Shown here piece after piece: positions 12,002 through 24,969 of a stretch of DNA of 64,000 nucleotides; within the stretch, counting starts at the first letter, position 1; each line of letters starts with the position of its first letter. Made by a program: the position numbers and the translations under genes. The stretch is from NCBI GenBank assembly GCA_035221665.1, contig CM069163.1, positions 22,506,001-22,570,000 on the forward strand, written 5' to 3'. This stretch comes from Okamejei kenojei (Eukaryota). Below the pieces are notes generated by a model that saw nothing but the letters and a program-made list of their open reading frames with translations, searched no databases and was not told where the DNA came from.

Positions 12002-15000
12002 AATCAAACCAAAATAATTCTGCAAATATGCTGTATATTTACCCCTCGATCAACTTAATTGAAACAATTCTGAGAGACTATGGCATCATGACATCTTTTG
12101 TATGAGTTACTGAGTTGGAGAAAGGACAGGACTCGTAGTAAACAAATTTGCACTGAAAGTGATTTCCATTTAAGAAGCAGCTCATGGCAAACTATATTCT
12201 CCCATCGGAATAAGGCCTCTTACCCAGGGAAATGAGTGGAGGATAATTGCATATAAATTATGTGCATGACATCGATCTCAGTCACTAAACAGTAATGATG
12301 GCCCACAAGCTTCATTGATTGGGAATTATGCAGTTGTTATCTGTTTGAATAGTGTTAGCGCACCACGCAGCTGCACTGGTCATCTGGCCACAATCTCATT
12401 GAGGGATTTGGCCACATTGTCTGCAGTGCAAAATTACACAGTTAACTGTTCTGTGCAAAACAATGTCCTGAGGATTTGAAGGGTATAATACAAATGCATG
12501 GTCTTCTACAACAAAAACGCTCGCTATTTCTCTCAACCTTTTTAGTGCAGTGCGTATGATCCCCGCATTAATTTAAACTGGGTCCAAGGGAAATTAACAG
12601 CCAAATCTCCATTGAAGATTATATATTCCTTGCCAGATCAATATTACTGACATTCAGCAATTTGAGTGTAATGGATATTTTAATCAATGTCAAAATTGGT
12701 TCTGAGAACTAATAAGTAACATTAACTTTGGTGACTGAAGCAAACATGAGGACATGGCCCATCATTCAATATTTACATTTTGTCTCAGTCCTGCTAAAAC
12801 TGAGATCTATTCACAGGGCTTGAATGCAATATTTCTCATAAGTGGTAAAGTTTTATGTGTTCTCTTCTGCAATTAAAATTGCTACCAGCAGTAAATGTAT
12901 TTTTCCAATCACTAAACACACTCAAGCAAACTAAGTCGAGTCATTTGAAACAAATGGAACACTTTGACTTAGCCTGTGAATTTCACCACCCAGAGCCTTT
13001 CTAATGAATGCAGAACTTGCCCGTAAAAATTGAAAAATTTGTAAGTATTTTGTTAATTGCTGGGTTGAGTCAAGACCTTTGATCAAGGCCGCCCGCTGAT
13101 AATCTCATTCCTGGTGACAGTGTGAACTCACAGTTTAATGAGTTTGTTTTGGGGTTGGGATGGGGGGGGGGGGGGGGGGTGAGCTGGGTGTGCCAGTGGA
13201 TGGGGGGAGAAAATTCTGTTTTAATTTGATGGCATCACACAGACGCAGCCTGTAATAAAGCTGGTAAAGTGTATGCTATGCACTGCTTCTGGGGCAGTCG
13301 TCTTTTGTCATAGCTGGCTTAGCATATGTGACACTTCTCACTCTGAATCATTAAGGGCTTGGAAAAGAGACCCGTAGAAGCACAATGTGAAATATCAAGA
13401 TGGTCTAGATGTGAAGTTTATCTTCACACATTAGTTTTATTAAGTATTGCCTTAACTTCCTCCCTACAGCAGTTAAAGATTGATTCAGCCAAACATGTTT
13501 TTCAAAGTTTGTTATCCAGTTGTGTAATGACTTCAGCATCCACCAAACTCTTCAACTATAAAGTTATTTTTTTGTTGGTTCTTAGAATGAGATTTATTTG
13601 TATTATAATTGTAGAACTGCACTGCGTCAAATTCTGGAGAAGGAAGGCTAAATGTGGCACATCAGAGTCAAAACTGTATGTTAATCTGAGAGTTTGCCTC
13701 TTTATTTTAATTCCACTTAATGATCTGAAAAGACTTGAAAAGTAATTGAATACTTGTATATTTTCTACGCTGAGGTCTAGCTTCATTGCTAAGGCTCCTG
13801 TATAAACAGTTCGGAACTGTTCTCTATTCTCTTGTGATTCCCTCATCACAGTGATGATCACTGAAGATTTACTAGCCTCCGAAATACCCAGTCGGGAACA
13901 CCTGATTCTCCTGAGACTGGTTGGATTTCCAAAGCTGCTCTATTTTCATTCTGTACGCATTAGCAGTATTTGTTATGTACAAAGAGATTTTCAGTTTCCA
14001 AGTACAATGTAAGAGGGAAGAAGGCACAATGTTGGCAAGTACAGACTCTGTTCTTTCACCCCTCAAAACAGTACTACAAATGATCTTAAGTTAAACTATT
14101 TACAATTGTTTTGATTGCTCCCCACGGCATCGGAATTGGAGATTTGATTGCAAGCATAATATCAGCGTACATGAATGCTTTAAAAATATGCCACCAGCTT
14201 CTTGTGCATGGATTTGCATGGACACCAGTAATATCCTTATTGTAAACTTGTGTCAGATCATCACTAAATTATTACCAGGAAATAGATTATAGAATGAATT
14301 TATCCATTTGTCCACTGTGTCTGGATTTGATCTGTTAGGAACAAGAATTGGCTATTCATCATCTATCCATTTGTTTCTGTTTTGCTTAATCCATGCTTCA
14401 ACACCTTTTTATCCACATTTGTTCCATATCCCTTAACTCTCACTCAACAAAAATCTATTGAATTTAGTCTTAAATTGCAGTTGCCCTTCTTTCCCCAGCA
14501 TCCAGAACATTTGCAGGGTTGGACCACAAGACCTCTCAACACCGCATGAAAATGTGCTTCCAGTTTTTCCTCAATTGTTATGGATTCTCCTCCAATTGCT
14601 GATTTATTAAACCTCTTTATACTTTTAAACTCCAATGTTCAAGCCAACCTTCAACATTCTAACTCAAAATGATATATTTTATGAAACTTGTCCCACAAAA
14701 TGATTCCATAAAACCTATTGTAATTTAGGTGAATAGAAGCTTTCAAAGGCTTAGATGCTAAACCCAGAATAGCATGTGTTTGCACAGTGTTTATGAGGAA
14801 TGCAGACTGGTTAGAAATCCATGTCGGAGATATTTTAATCTGTCTTGGGGTTTAAATTTAGTTATTTAGTTTAGTTATTTGTTCGTACCATCTATTGGGA
14901 CCAGAATGGCAGAATAATGAGTGTTGGTGTTCTTGGTCATTGCACCTGACTTTAGAAACCTAGCACTGTACAACCACAAGATGACAGTTAAAATATCTAA

Positions 15001-16011
15001 TTGGTAACAATTGATAATCTATCACCACCAATAAGATACTTCCCCTTGCATCTTATTTCCAAAAATCTTGTCCTTTTATCAACTCTGGTTACTTCATTCA
15101 TTCACTCACCGGGGTTCTTTTTTTCCTGCCTACACGTCCCTCTATTCTACATTCACTCTTGTCCCATATCTTCTCCAAACCCCAACTCCTAAAGATCACT
15201 CCATCATAGTCTCCTCTCACCTTTTGATCTCTGATGTATCATTGTTCCCCGGGTCCCTCAGCAATCTGCTCCATGTTCAATCCATTCCCTTATCCTTTGC
15301 CCAGCCCCCTTCCACACCACACCTTACTTACCACCCTCATACTGCACCCAGCCTGTACCCTCATTATACTTTTCTATCTATGTTTTACATTTTGACCGTG
15401 GAATGCAGAAGTTGGAATAACTAGTGGGGGGGGCGGAACAGAATGTAATTAGCTGGTTTTGTTTTGCCAGGATAGAGTATGGAACAAATAGGGGAAGCAA
15501 AGATAATCTGCCACCCTGCTTCATTTCATCATAACTTTAACTTCCTGACTGTTTATCTAACCTTCCCCTAAAAGTATCAATCCTCTCTTCTAACTCCAGC
15601 ACAATCTGTTCCATTCTCTCCCCAGTGTTTTTAGACAGGCGTGAGCCTCAGTTAAGTCGGACTTTCAGGGAGAGCCTAAAAGTTCTGATGTTGCCTCTTG
15701 ATTGTGTGCTTGAAGTCTGGGATTCCGGATGTTTGGGACCAAGCACGTACACTCGCAATTTCCTAGCAGAATGTAGTCTGACCTATTATGAGCAGAGGTG
15801 GTAATATGAACTTTAAAAATAACATGATTAAAGTCTGGTTCGTTCCATTAGTTCTCCCTGGTGTCAAGTGCCACCATCACGAGGCAGATAAATTGAGTTA
15901 ACAAAAGGAGGGTTTTTTTATTTTTTAGGATGAAACAGAAAATTAAGACTATCTGGAAACACTTAACTGGTGGGTTGCATGTGACTTTGCTCAGGGTTGG
16001 TGGAGTTTTGC

Positions 16012-16320
16012 TTTAGATTCTAGAGATACGGTGTGGAAATAGGGCCGTCGTCCACCGAGACCGCACCAACCCGCGATCGCCTCCAGCACTAGCACTATCC
16101 TACACACTAGGGACAATTTACACTTCACAGAAGCAAATTAATCTACAAACCTATACATTTGTTGTCTTTGGAGTGTGGGAGAAAACCAGAGCACCCAGGG
16201 AAACCCCAAGCAGTCACAGGGAGAATGTACAAACACCGTACAGATAGCACCCAGAGGTAGGATTGAACACGGGTGCCTGGTGCTGTGAGGCCGCAACTCT
16301 ACCGCTGCACCACTGTTGTG
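16012..16320 (-). mobile_element. HE1-like tRNA-derived V-SINE
   Basis: Reverse complement shows a tRNA-like head, the GGTTTTCTCCCACACTCCAAAGAC core and a CR1-type tail (...CCGTATCTCTA). Confidence 0.8.
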
Positions 16321-18529
16321 TCTCGACAGGATGATAGGCTAAAACACAAGTTACCAGTTAATCACTTGTTTTAAATCAAAAGAAGTGGATGGATATATAT
16401 TTAATAGAGATGACATGCCAGTAAACTAAAAGCACATTTGAGAACATAGTTAGGAATTTGCTCAGTGTATGGTTAATATTAGTCGCGTAACAAGGAAACA
16501 GGCTCTTGGCCCCAACTCATTCATACCGCCCAAGATGCCGTCAAATTTAGTCCCATTTGGCCCATATGCCTCTAAGCCTTTGCTGTCCGTATAACAGTCC
16601 AAATGTCTAATTTATTGTTAAATAGGTGCACATAATTGCAATTTAGTTTGTGATATGAAACGTCGTTGGTCCAGCAGTTGTACTGGAGGAAATTCCCTTC
16701 CAGAGACCAGTTGAAGTGTTAAAACACTTGCTTGATTTTTTTACAACCAAGATTCCTCATTATAATCAGATTTCCCCCCCTTTTTGCTTCCCACCCTCCC
16801 ACATAAAGAAAAACTAATTCATGATTAGAGTTTTCAGAGTGATTATAGTTTTCTACCCTGAATATTTGTGTGTAGTTGTTATTCTAATAACATTATGCAA
16901 AAACATGGCTACATTTCAAAATACTACGCAATAAAAAAATAAAAATGAAGCACTTTAAATGAAATTACGGTGCTTTGTAAAGGGAGGTAAGGGTGTGATC
17001 TGGAATAATTCTCTTTATCCTGTCCTAAAAAGCCTATGTCAGAACAAGGTTGTTTTTTTTTTTGTGGAGCTGTTGAATGGGCTTGGAACCTTGTCACTTG
17101 AAACTGAGGAAGACATTGAGTCTGTTGTGACGATGATTCAAGGGAATTTAAAATAATAAAGCAGGTTGATGTTGCCACAAAATTCCTTCCAGCAGTTTAT
17201 CTTTTGCAGTCATGGCTGAGTTATCCTCTGCACCTAATATAATACAGGTCACGCTGTGTGTGGTGACCAGAGTATGGTGGGTGTGCATGGCGAGCGCATT
17301 ATTTATTTATTTATTTATTTGTCTCAGGTTTTACGTTTTTATTTTTCCCTGGCCTCCTCTTCCCATTGTCACTCACTTGTACACATCTGTCAATCTAATG
17401 AGCTCCAGGCATTCAGACACCCTAACCTGACGTTTTAGAGATAAATATACCCAAAGAATAACATGTTCTTAAACAAATCCTTTCGTGATGGTATCAGTTG
17501 ACCAATGTAGGCAATCTCAGTCCCAGCTTCCTATGTCAGTGTCTTTTCCAGAAATAACCTGTTTTCTTATGAGTACTGTGAGACATCTAATGAGTGTAGG
17601 CTTCAGCTTAAGTGAGGAGATGTTTGGCAGTATCATTCTTGCAATAGGGTGCCGTACAAATGTGTGGCTCCAACATCCTTCTTCAAAACTTTAGTCTCAA
17701 ATCATTCGCCCTTCCTGACATGTGCTTTTCTTATCCTCCATGCTTGCAGTCTGGAGACAGAAAATAAATTAACGATCCTTTAGAAATAAATAATTCCAAC
17801 ATCAAGTGCAACAAGCAGCTGCTACCTGTGCTCAGCGTGATTCAAATTCTGCCAATTCTGAAACCGTTGTTTGACATGAATTTTGAATTGTTTACTGCTC
17901 ATCTAATACCCAATGTAAAGACACGCAGTAACAATTGAGTCCCGATTGTTAATGTGGCCAGACACTGGTCCTGGGCCAGTGGACACACACTGTCTTATAA
18001 ATATTGTGAAGCAGACCTTTTTTTCAAAACTTGCTCAGAACACACTTTGGAATTAACCCCTCAAAATAAAACCTCTCTGTACGGTATTATTTTCAATCGC
18101 ATTGGTTCAAATTTACAGTTTTAAAGACATTTTCAGTATTAGTATTATGTTCTGACCTCTTATCACTCTAGGCCTTACTGTGAGTTGGAAACAAAAATAG
18201 AAATCGCACGCAAGTTGCCTTTTGTTAAGAACAGAATTCTTTTTTGCCAGGGTACTGTTTTATTTTATTTGGACAACATAATGTGCCACTATTACCATTG
18301 ATTTTTCTCTATTACCAGCAATGTGTTGGGTGATTAATGTATTCCTTGTATGTGTAAGTGTCTTTTTGTATCTGTAACATCTATGGTGCAATTTTAATTT
18401 CTGGTCAAATACAGTTTGTTTATGTACATGATGATTGATGGCTTTTTACTTATTCAAAATGAAACACTCAAGTGATGCACACCTCTCCAGCTGTCTGCCA
18501 TTGCACAATGAACATCTGGTTCCTCAGAG

Positions 18530-18630
18530 AATCTGAAGAAGCGTCTCGACCCGAAACGTCGCCCATTCTTTCTCTTCAGAGATGCTGCCTGTCTTGCTGA
18601 GTTACTCCAGCATATTGTGTCTTATCTTCG
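18530..18630 (+). mobile_element. PLE terminal-repeat fragment with minimal hammerhead core
   Basis: CTGAAGA-AGCGTCTCGACCC-GAAAC-GTC followed by the repeat body shared with 37977-38100 and 62370-62480. Confidence 0.65.
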
Positions 18631-19952
18631 GAGACCTATTGGCTGGTTGAGTATCAGCCAGGGTTCAATGAGTAGCTCTCCTGAGTCAGAAAGCTGCTCA
18701 AGTTTTGCTGAAGAAAACAATGCGAATGATCTTCTCAGTCTTTGTATTGAGTGGTATAGTACACTAATCAGGTAAGGCATGTCATCTTAGATGGATTACT
18801 GCATTACACTATTTTGAAGAAACTTACTGTCACTAAAAACAGTGATTGCATTTACAGTATTTGAATGGCCTGTGGGTGGTAAAGCATCCCATACAAAAAC
18901 AAATTGTCCTCTCTTGCCATTCTTGAGTTAAAATGTATTACTTGGAATTGAAGCTAATGGACTGTTATAGAGTAGCTAACTCAATCTCTGCTACAATTTT
19001 TGATCAGTAAATCGGAGCCAAAGAAAGTAAAGGATATTGTCCACCACTTCAGTGACTGTTCAAAAAATAAATCAAACTTAATCAGGTAATATTCTAAACT
19101 ACTCTGATCAACATGAAATTTCAAAGTCGGTCTTTCCTTAATTATGACCTTTTTCCCCCCCAACAACAGATGTTCGGCTAATTGATCTATAGTTTCCTGG
19201 TTTCATCCTGTCACTTTTTTACCACAAGTTGCAAGATCAGGCCAAGGCTGGCTTTCCTGCAGTTAAAGACTCGCCTCCTACCACCGAAGAGGTTTTCCAC
19301 AATCTGCAGTTATAAGTTTGGAGTGTGATGCAATTTGCCTAGAGAAGTACATCTCCAACACCTCTCAAGAAGCCCAAAACCAACCTCCACCTGCTCGCTT
19401 AATTTCCTCCCCCCTCCCCAACTGGCAACATGGCTGTAATGAGTACCATCTAAAATGTATTAGCTTTACACACATATGCTACTCAAAATACAGCTCGCAA
19501 ATCCATACGCTCTACCACTGACAGCAAGTGCAGCAGAACACCACCAACTGTAGCTTCATGTCACACACAATACTGATTGGAAACCAGTCCCCTATTGCTG
19601 GATCTACCTTCTGCACTAATGAGTTCTCAAATACCAATAAACAAAAAGTGTTTTATGCAATGTTTACAATCTGAAGGAATGGTTGCTAGGCTGAGATAAT
19701 TTGCAAATAATTTTATCAAAATTAAAGTGCAAGTTGGTAGTGGACAGATATCTTAAAGGAGATTTCAACTTTCAAACTAAAATCTTCATGGTTATTCTCA
19801 ATAGGCCTACCACACAGCAGAAAGGAAGCTAATTCTTTCAATTGGTCAAGATTCAACTTTATGGTAATGTAAATGGATTGTTACTACATTAGACAGTTTA
19901 TGAATGGCAGTTATGTATTACTCTGGTAGACAAACCCAGTCTATTACAATAT

Positions 19953-19958
19953 TTTATT
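19953..19958 (-). terminator. Candidate EXOSC2 polyadenylation signal (AATAAA on the - strand)
   Basis: tttatt on the + strand about 37 nt past the stop codon. Confidence 0.45.
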
Positions 19959-19994
19959 CAAAATATTTAACAAAAATAAAGTCAGTAGTTGATG

Positions 19995-20075
19995 TTAGCC
20001 CTCCTGATTGATTAAGCGTTGCCTCGTCTCAAGCACTATTTCTTCCATTATTTCTGGCTTCAAGATATCTTTAAT
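19995..20075 (-). CDS. EXOSC2: EXOSC2 exon 9: IKDILKPEIMEEIVLETRQRLINQEG-stop
   Basis: aattacag acceptor; TAA stop at 19997-19995. Confidence 0.96.
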   Translation of the reverse strand: MKDILKPEIMEEIVLETRQRLINQEG

Positions 20076-20989
20076 CTGTAATTAAAAAAAGGACACGAGG
20101 AAAACAAATGTATGTTGTTGACATGTTTCCATCAGATTGTGTAGGTCCAGTCACCACATTAAACATTTATTTGTGTTTAAAGAGAACTAAATATAAAGTT
20201 TCACTCACTTTTACAAATGCTCATTCTCAATTAAATGCATACATGCACATTCAAATACACACAGAGAGATTGAAAGATCATTAAATTAGTTTGAGACATC
20301 AGTTTTATACTCATAGACAAAGGTTTGTTAAACTCAGAAGTCATTTGATTTACAAAATATTTATTGTCATTATCCAAGCAGAGGCACGCAAGATGGTGCT
20401 AAGAAACCTTGAATTCCTGCACTGGAGGAACATGGAATCCCTGCCTAAATGATAGAAGTCGCACACCACCTCAAAAACACTGCTCCTCCATCTATCCCAC
20501 CGGGTACTTCCCACCCATCTGTGGCCTCCTCGGTTACCTCAGAACTCTCAAAACCAGATGACAGGAAGTCATTCTCCACCCCGAACTATTGTATACTGTT
20601 GTAAGTGACTAATTCATTTTATCAAGGGAATTGATTTAATTCCCTATTACTGTTCTTGCGACATCTTTAATGCTTTTATTCTGAGAAGTTGCAGTCGTAT
20701 CTTTTCCCTCAGCTCGACAAACTGATACCATTTTCCAAGTAAATTGACTCCACTTGCTGTGAGTCAAACATGTTGGCCTCCTCAATGGTTGATGCTGTGC
20801 CGCAATACATATATACATTAACTGGAACAGTGTCTCCCCTAAAATAACCAATTGGGAGACATCTGGCCTTTGAAATTCTGTAAATCATTACTTGGAATGC
20901 GTGACAGTGGTTTATACTTAAATACATTAATATAAAACTGAGAAAAATAGTTAAATGCTAATCAAAGCCATTCTACTTGGATATATTAC

Positions 20990-21118
20990 CTGGTAATGCA
21001 GTGATGCCTCATAGCAGTAGAGAACGCTGGTGTCATAAAGCAACATTTTGTGAATATTCAGGACTAAGATGCAATTGTGGAGTCGTGAGATGACTTCTCT
21101 ATCCGATAAAGAAACCGG
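20990..21118 (-). CDS. EXOSC2: EXOSC2 exon 8: PVSLSDREVISRLHNCILVLNIHKMLLYDTSVLYCYEASLHYQ
   Basis: attacag acceptor, CAG|gtaata donor; 129 nt. Confidence 0.96.
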
Positions 21119-21674
21119 CTGTAATCGGGAAGAATGGATGCACCAAGATTAAGATATTCAAACTTTCAAGCAGATAAAACTATAGTCAGTGACATTGTAG
21201 TAAAACGGAGCCACTGCCGCCTCATCCCCAATCCTTGCAGTTGCAAACATCGTCCAAGGGGGAAAAGGTTCTAACTATTTGCCCTATCTATGCCTTTTGA
21301 CATTTTCTATACTTCTATCAGGTCTCCCCTCAACCTCTGAAATTTCAGGAAAAACAATCCAAGTCTATCCAAACTCTCCTTATGGGCAATGCCCTCTAAT
21401 TTAACTCAAAATTTTAAAAAAGAAATGCCTGTTTTTTGCGATCCCAGGCAGCTGAACTATTAACTCTGCATCTATCCTGTCAAGCCCAAGTAAATACAAA
21501 TGTTGTATATTTCACCTTTAATTCTTGTAAACCCCAACAATTGCCCAAACTCTTTTCATGACAACAAACCCACTTTTCAAGGAAATAAACAAGCATTCCC
21601 TCTACTGCAAGGTAATCCTTCTTTGGGTAGGCAGTCCAGATCTATACACAATATAGTCAGTCATGGTCCCTCAC

Positions 21675-21848
21675 CTCAAAATTAGTCACAAATCCTCCTT
21701 CATCCTCCTTCTGTTCAGTGATGGGATAAATCCAAATATATCCGTTATTTCCAAGAATGATGGCTGCTCCACAAGGCAGGTTGTGAAAATGAGTCTTTCG
21801 ACGTTTTACAAGGGAAGGGGAGACTTGGACCAGAGTCCCTTGTCCCAG
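21675..21848 (-). CDS. EXOSC2: EXOSC2 exon 7: LGQGTLVQVSPSLVKRRKTHFHNLPCGAAIILGNNGYIWIYPITEQKEDEGGFVTNFE
   Basis: Acceptor ctttggtgag (GAG), GAG|gtgagg donor; 174 nt; KH-like GNNG motif. Confidence 0.95.
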
Positions 21849-21942
21849 CTCACCAAAGAGAGATTAGAAAGGGGAAAAATGCATATGGGATTAACTACAG
21901 TGCATCACACAGGGACAAGCTTTGATAAACAATGCCTTATAT

Positions 21943-22430
21943 AGAAACATAGAAAAATAGGTGCAGGAGTAGGCCATTCAGCCCTTCGAGCCTGCACCGC
22001 CATTCAATATGATCATGGCTGATCATCCAACTCGGTATCCTGTACCTGCCTTCTCTCCATACCCCCTGATCCCTTTAGCCACAAGAGCCACATCCAACTC
22101 CCTCTTGAATATAGTCAATGAACTGGCCTCAACGACCTTCTGTGGCAGAGAATTCCAGAGACTCACCACTCTCTGTGTAAAGAATGTTTTCCTCATCTCG
22201 GTCCTAAAGGAATTCCTCCTTAGACTGTGATCCCTTGTTCTGGACTCCCCCAACATCAGGAACAATCTTCCTGCATCTAGCTTGTCCAACCCTTAAGAAT
22301 TTTGTAAGTTTCTATAAGATCCCCCCTCAATCTTCTAAATTCCAGTGAGTACAAGCCAAGTCTATCCAGTCTTTCTTCATATGAAAGTCCTGACATCCCA
22401 GGAATCAAACTGGTGAACCTTCTCTGCTTC
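21943..22430 (-). mobile_element. CR1 LINE 3' fragment
   Basis: ORF 22023..22289 (GESRTRDHSLR...RKTFFTQRVVSLWNSLP); near-identical to 57396-57785; (TTTCTATG)-type tail. Confidence 0.9.
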
Positions 22431-22777
22431 CCTTAATTTCTGCAATATAAAATCCCTGAGCTCCTCCAATTCTTTTTATCCCAGATTTCTGCCCCTTCAA
22501 GGCTGATGGCCTTAATTTTGGTTGATATTCCCACTGTAAACATCTCTATTTCTCTCCTCCATTAAGATGCTCCTTCAAAGCTGTATTCATGACTATGTTT
22601 TTCATCACCTATCCCAATGTCTAAAATGTTCTCCTTGCATACAGATGAGACTGTTTGGAACACTTTAATATGTGAAAAATGTATGTAAATGAGAGTTGTG
22701 TGGAAATTCCAAGCATTTAATGTGGTGTAGAAATGTCACTTCTGTAAATAAATGGACTCTGCATCTCCTAACCTTAC

Positions 22778-22846
22778 CTTTCCATACTTTAGGCTCCTGG
22801 TATGCAAGGACAAAGCACCATCAGCAAACACAGCTTGTACCTCTGC
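22778..22846 (-). CDS. EXOSC2: EXOSC2 exon 6: [23 protein letters not shown]
   Basis: cattcag acceptor preceded by a U12-like branch site TTCCTTAGA; AAG|gtaagg donor; 69 nt. Confidence 0.96.
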
Positions 22847-23378
22847 CTGAATGCATTCTAAGGAACATTATGAACAAGCAGAAAGAGCATAAGAAAAATT
22901 TGTATGCTTTTTTTAAATGTTTGGATTTTGGAGTAGTCATTGCTTGTTATAAATACCTAATCCATCACAAGTGAAAAAGTATTGAATACAATTACTAATA
23001 AATGATTGATCCCTTTATTGTAAATTACAAGAGCATGTTGACATTCTCTTTGTTCCATCCTTTGCCTTCCAACAACTTGTTACTTAGACTAACTTGATTT
23101 CCAAGATCTTCAGTTCTTATTAAAGGTCGTTGACCCAAAATGTCAAAGGATTTATCTTTCAACTGATGTCCTAGTCCATGACTATCCAAGTTCTTCTGAC
23201 ATTTCTTTTTAATTTTGGAAATTTTAACCCAATCCTGCCAGCTGCCTGTTTAAATTAAAAAGCAGCAAAAAAGTATCTCTTCTAGACCATGGTTTACTTA
23301 GTTGTGCCATTTTATACTGGGAGCATCCAGTGGAGAAATCGGCCCTTTGAGCTCCATGCTGATCAGTAAAAAGGATAC
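22847..23378 (-). other. EXOSC2: U12-type (minor spliceosome) GT-AG intron 5 of EXOSC2
   Basis: 5' splice site GTATCCTTTT; branch-like TTCCTTAGA at 22865-22857 close to the AG; no real polypyrimidine tract. Confidence 0.9.
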
Positions 23379-23444
23379 ACTGATCAGGTCTCCCTCCTGC
23401 AAGTAATCCCTCATCATCAGTTCATCCTCAGCAGACCTCCTCCT
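23379..23444 (-). CDS. EXOSC2: EXOSC2 exon 5: RRRSAEDELMMRDYLQEGDLIS
   Basis: ccttgcag acceptor; donor is AGT|GTATCCTTTT (U12-type); 66 nt. Confidence 0.96.
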
Positions 23445-23809
23445 CTGCAAGGATAAAAAGTTTGCATAAAAAATACAGAAAGAAGTGCTTTAAGACAAAC
23501 ATTCTTCTCCCAAAAGTTGGTACTGCATAACCGGGTTCTGTCTTCCTCCGGAGAATTCAAACCCAAGGATGGTGAAGATTTCTCAATTTTATTTCAAAGA
23601 TGTGCAGTGAGAGTCTTAACCAAACCATAACAACATAACTAAAATAGTGTTCTGATCACTATCATGTAGCTGTTTGAAACATCTTGCAACATATAAATTA
23701 ACTGTCACATTCCTACATTATATCAATGATTATATTTAAAGTAGTTCATTGAAACCTTCGGGCTAATATGAAAGGTTACTATAGAAATGCTAATACTTAA
23801 TTTACTCAC

Positions 23810-23899
23810 CAGTTCTCCTCCAGGAAGATTAACAGAAGAGAGGAGGAGCACAGAGTCTAGTCTGGAGTTCGTTTCCACTTTCCAGCGCTTCTGTTGAAC
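23810..23899 (-). CDS. EXOSC2: EXOSC2 exon 4: VQQKRWKVETNSRLDSVLLLSSVNLPGGEL
   Basis: tctgtag acceptor, CTG|gtgagt donor; 90 nt; S1 domain. Confidence 0.96.
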
Positions 23900-24923
23900 C
23901 TACAGATTTAAGAATGAAACATTTTTGTAGGATTTTAAAACCAGGAAAAGGGCTTGATGAGGCTCTGCTGAAAGAGGCCGTGCTGAAATATTAGTAATGT
24001 TGAAACTAAGGGAGCACTGGAGGAGATCAAGATATAGTCCAGGTAGCTGGAAGTACATGTACAAGGTGATTGCCCAGGTAAAAGTGCAGTGCACTTCGTA
24101 AATCGATAAGTAGAAGGAAATGGTCGGGTTTTTGAAGTCTTAAATATAGAAAATAAAAATTATTTATAAAAATCATGCCTTATTACATTTGCACCATGTG
24201 ATAGCAAACAGAAGTAATTTGTTAAAGAATAAATTCAGATTTTTTCACCTTGTATGAAGAACCTTCCTTCAGACTGAAGTTAGGCTCATTGTTACAAGCT
24301 GGTTCTCTGAAGGAGCAATCAGACTCACTCCCATACTCCCAGTTTTTCTGAGGTATTTGATGAGGAATTTATTAAATTACGTTTAACTCCATTTTAAAAT
24401 TATGATGAAATCAGCTACATCACCTTTCCAAATCAGTAGTTTCTCCGAGTAAGTATTATTTAATCTTTTTGAGTCCGTTGGCAGCTATTTCATCACTAAC
24501 TAAATAGAATTACTGTAAACTATCTAATTAAAGCTAAACCCTCCACAAGAAGCCCGATTATGTTGCTTTAAGTGCCTTTGCTGATGGCTCACAATCCTGA
24601 ACCAAATTTTCTTTGCCAGTTGAAACACATCAAGTTGCAGTGACCAGTTAATTTTGCACTGGAACTGTGGCCAAATCACAGGCCATTATCTATGACTTTG
24701 ATACTATTGACTTCAGTTGTTCTGCCTGCCCTATCCCCACATTACACTAAAATATATTTTCCTTTTAAATGATTATAACTATTTGACAACATAAATTCCC
24801 CATTTAGCAATGAACCTCCAAGATTTGCTACTAATTGGTGCAATGGGTACTAATTCTAAGCTTCAAGATATACATGTCATTAAACTCATTTAAACTGATT
24901 AAGAAGCATGAGTTTGATCATAC

Positions 24924-24969
24924 CTCAGTGATCCTGCCCACAACAACATCGCCAACTTCTCCGTTATAT
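24924..24969 (-). CDS. EXOSC2: EXOSC2 exon 3: YNGEVGDVVVGRITE
   Basis: ccctgtag acceptor, GAG|gtatga donor; 46 nt. Confidence 0.95.

Noticed and set aside
11000-19900. Search for QRFP or another gene between ABL1 and EXOSC2
   Set aside because: No RFamide precursor motif or consistent exon chain was seen by eye. The acceptor-like site at about 17750 (-) opens only very short frames. A diverged gene cannot be excluded without tBLASTn.
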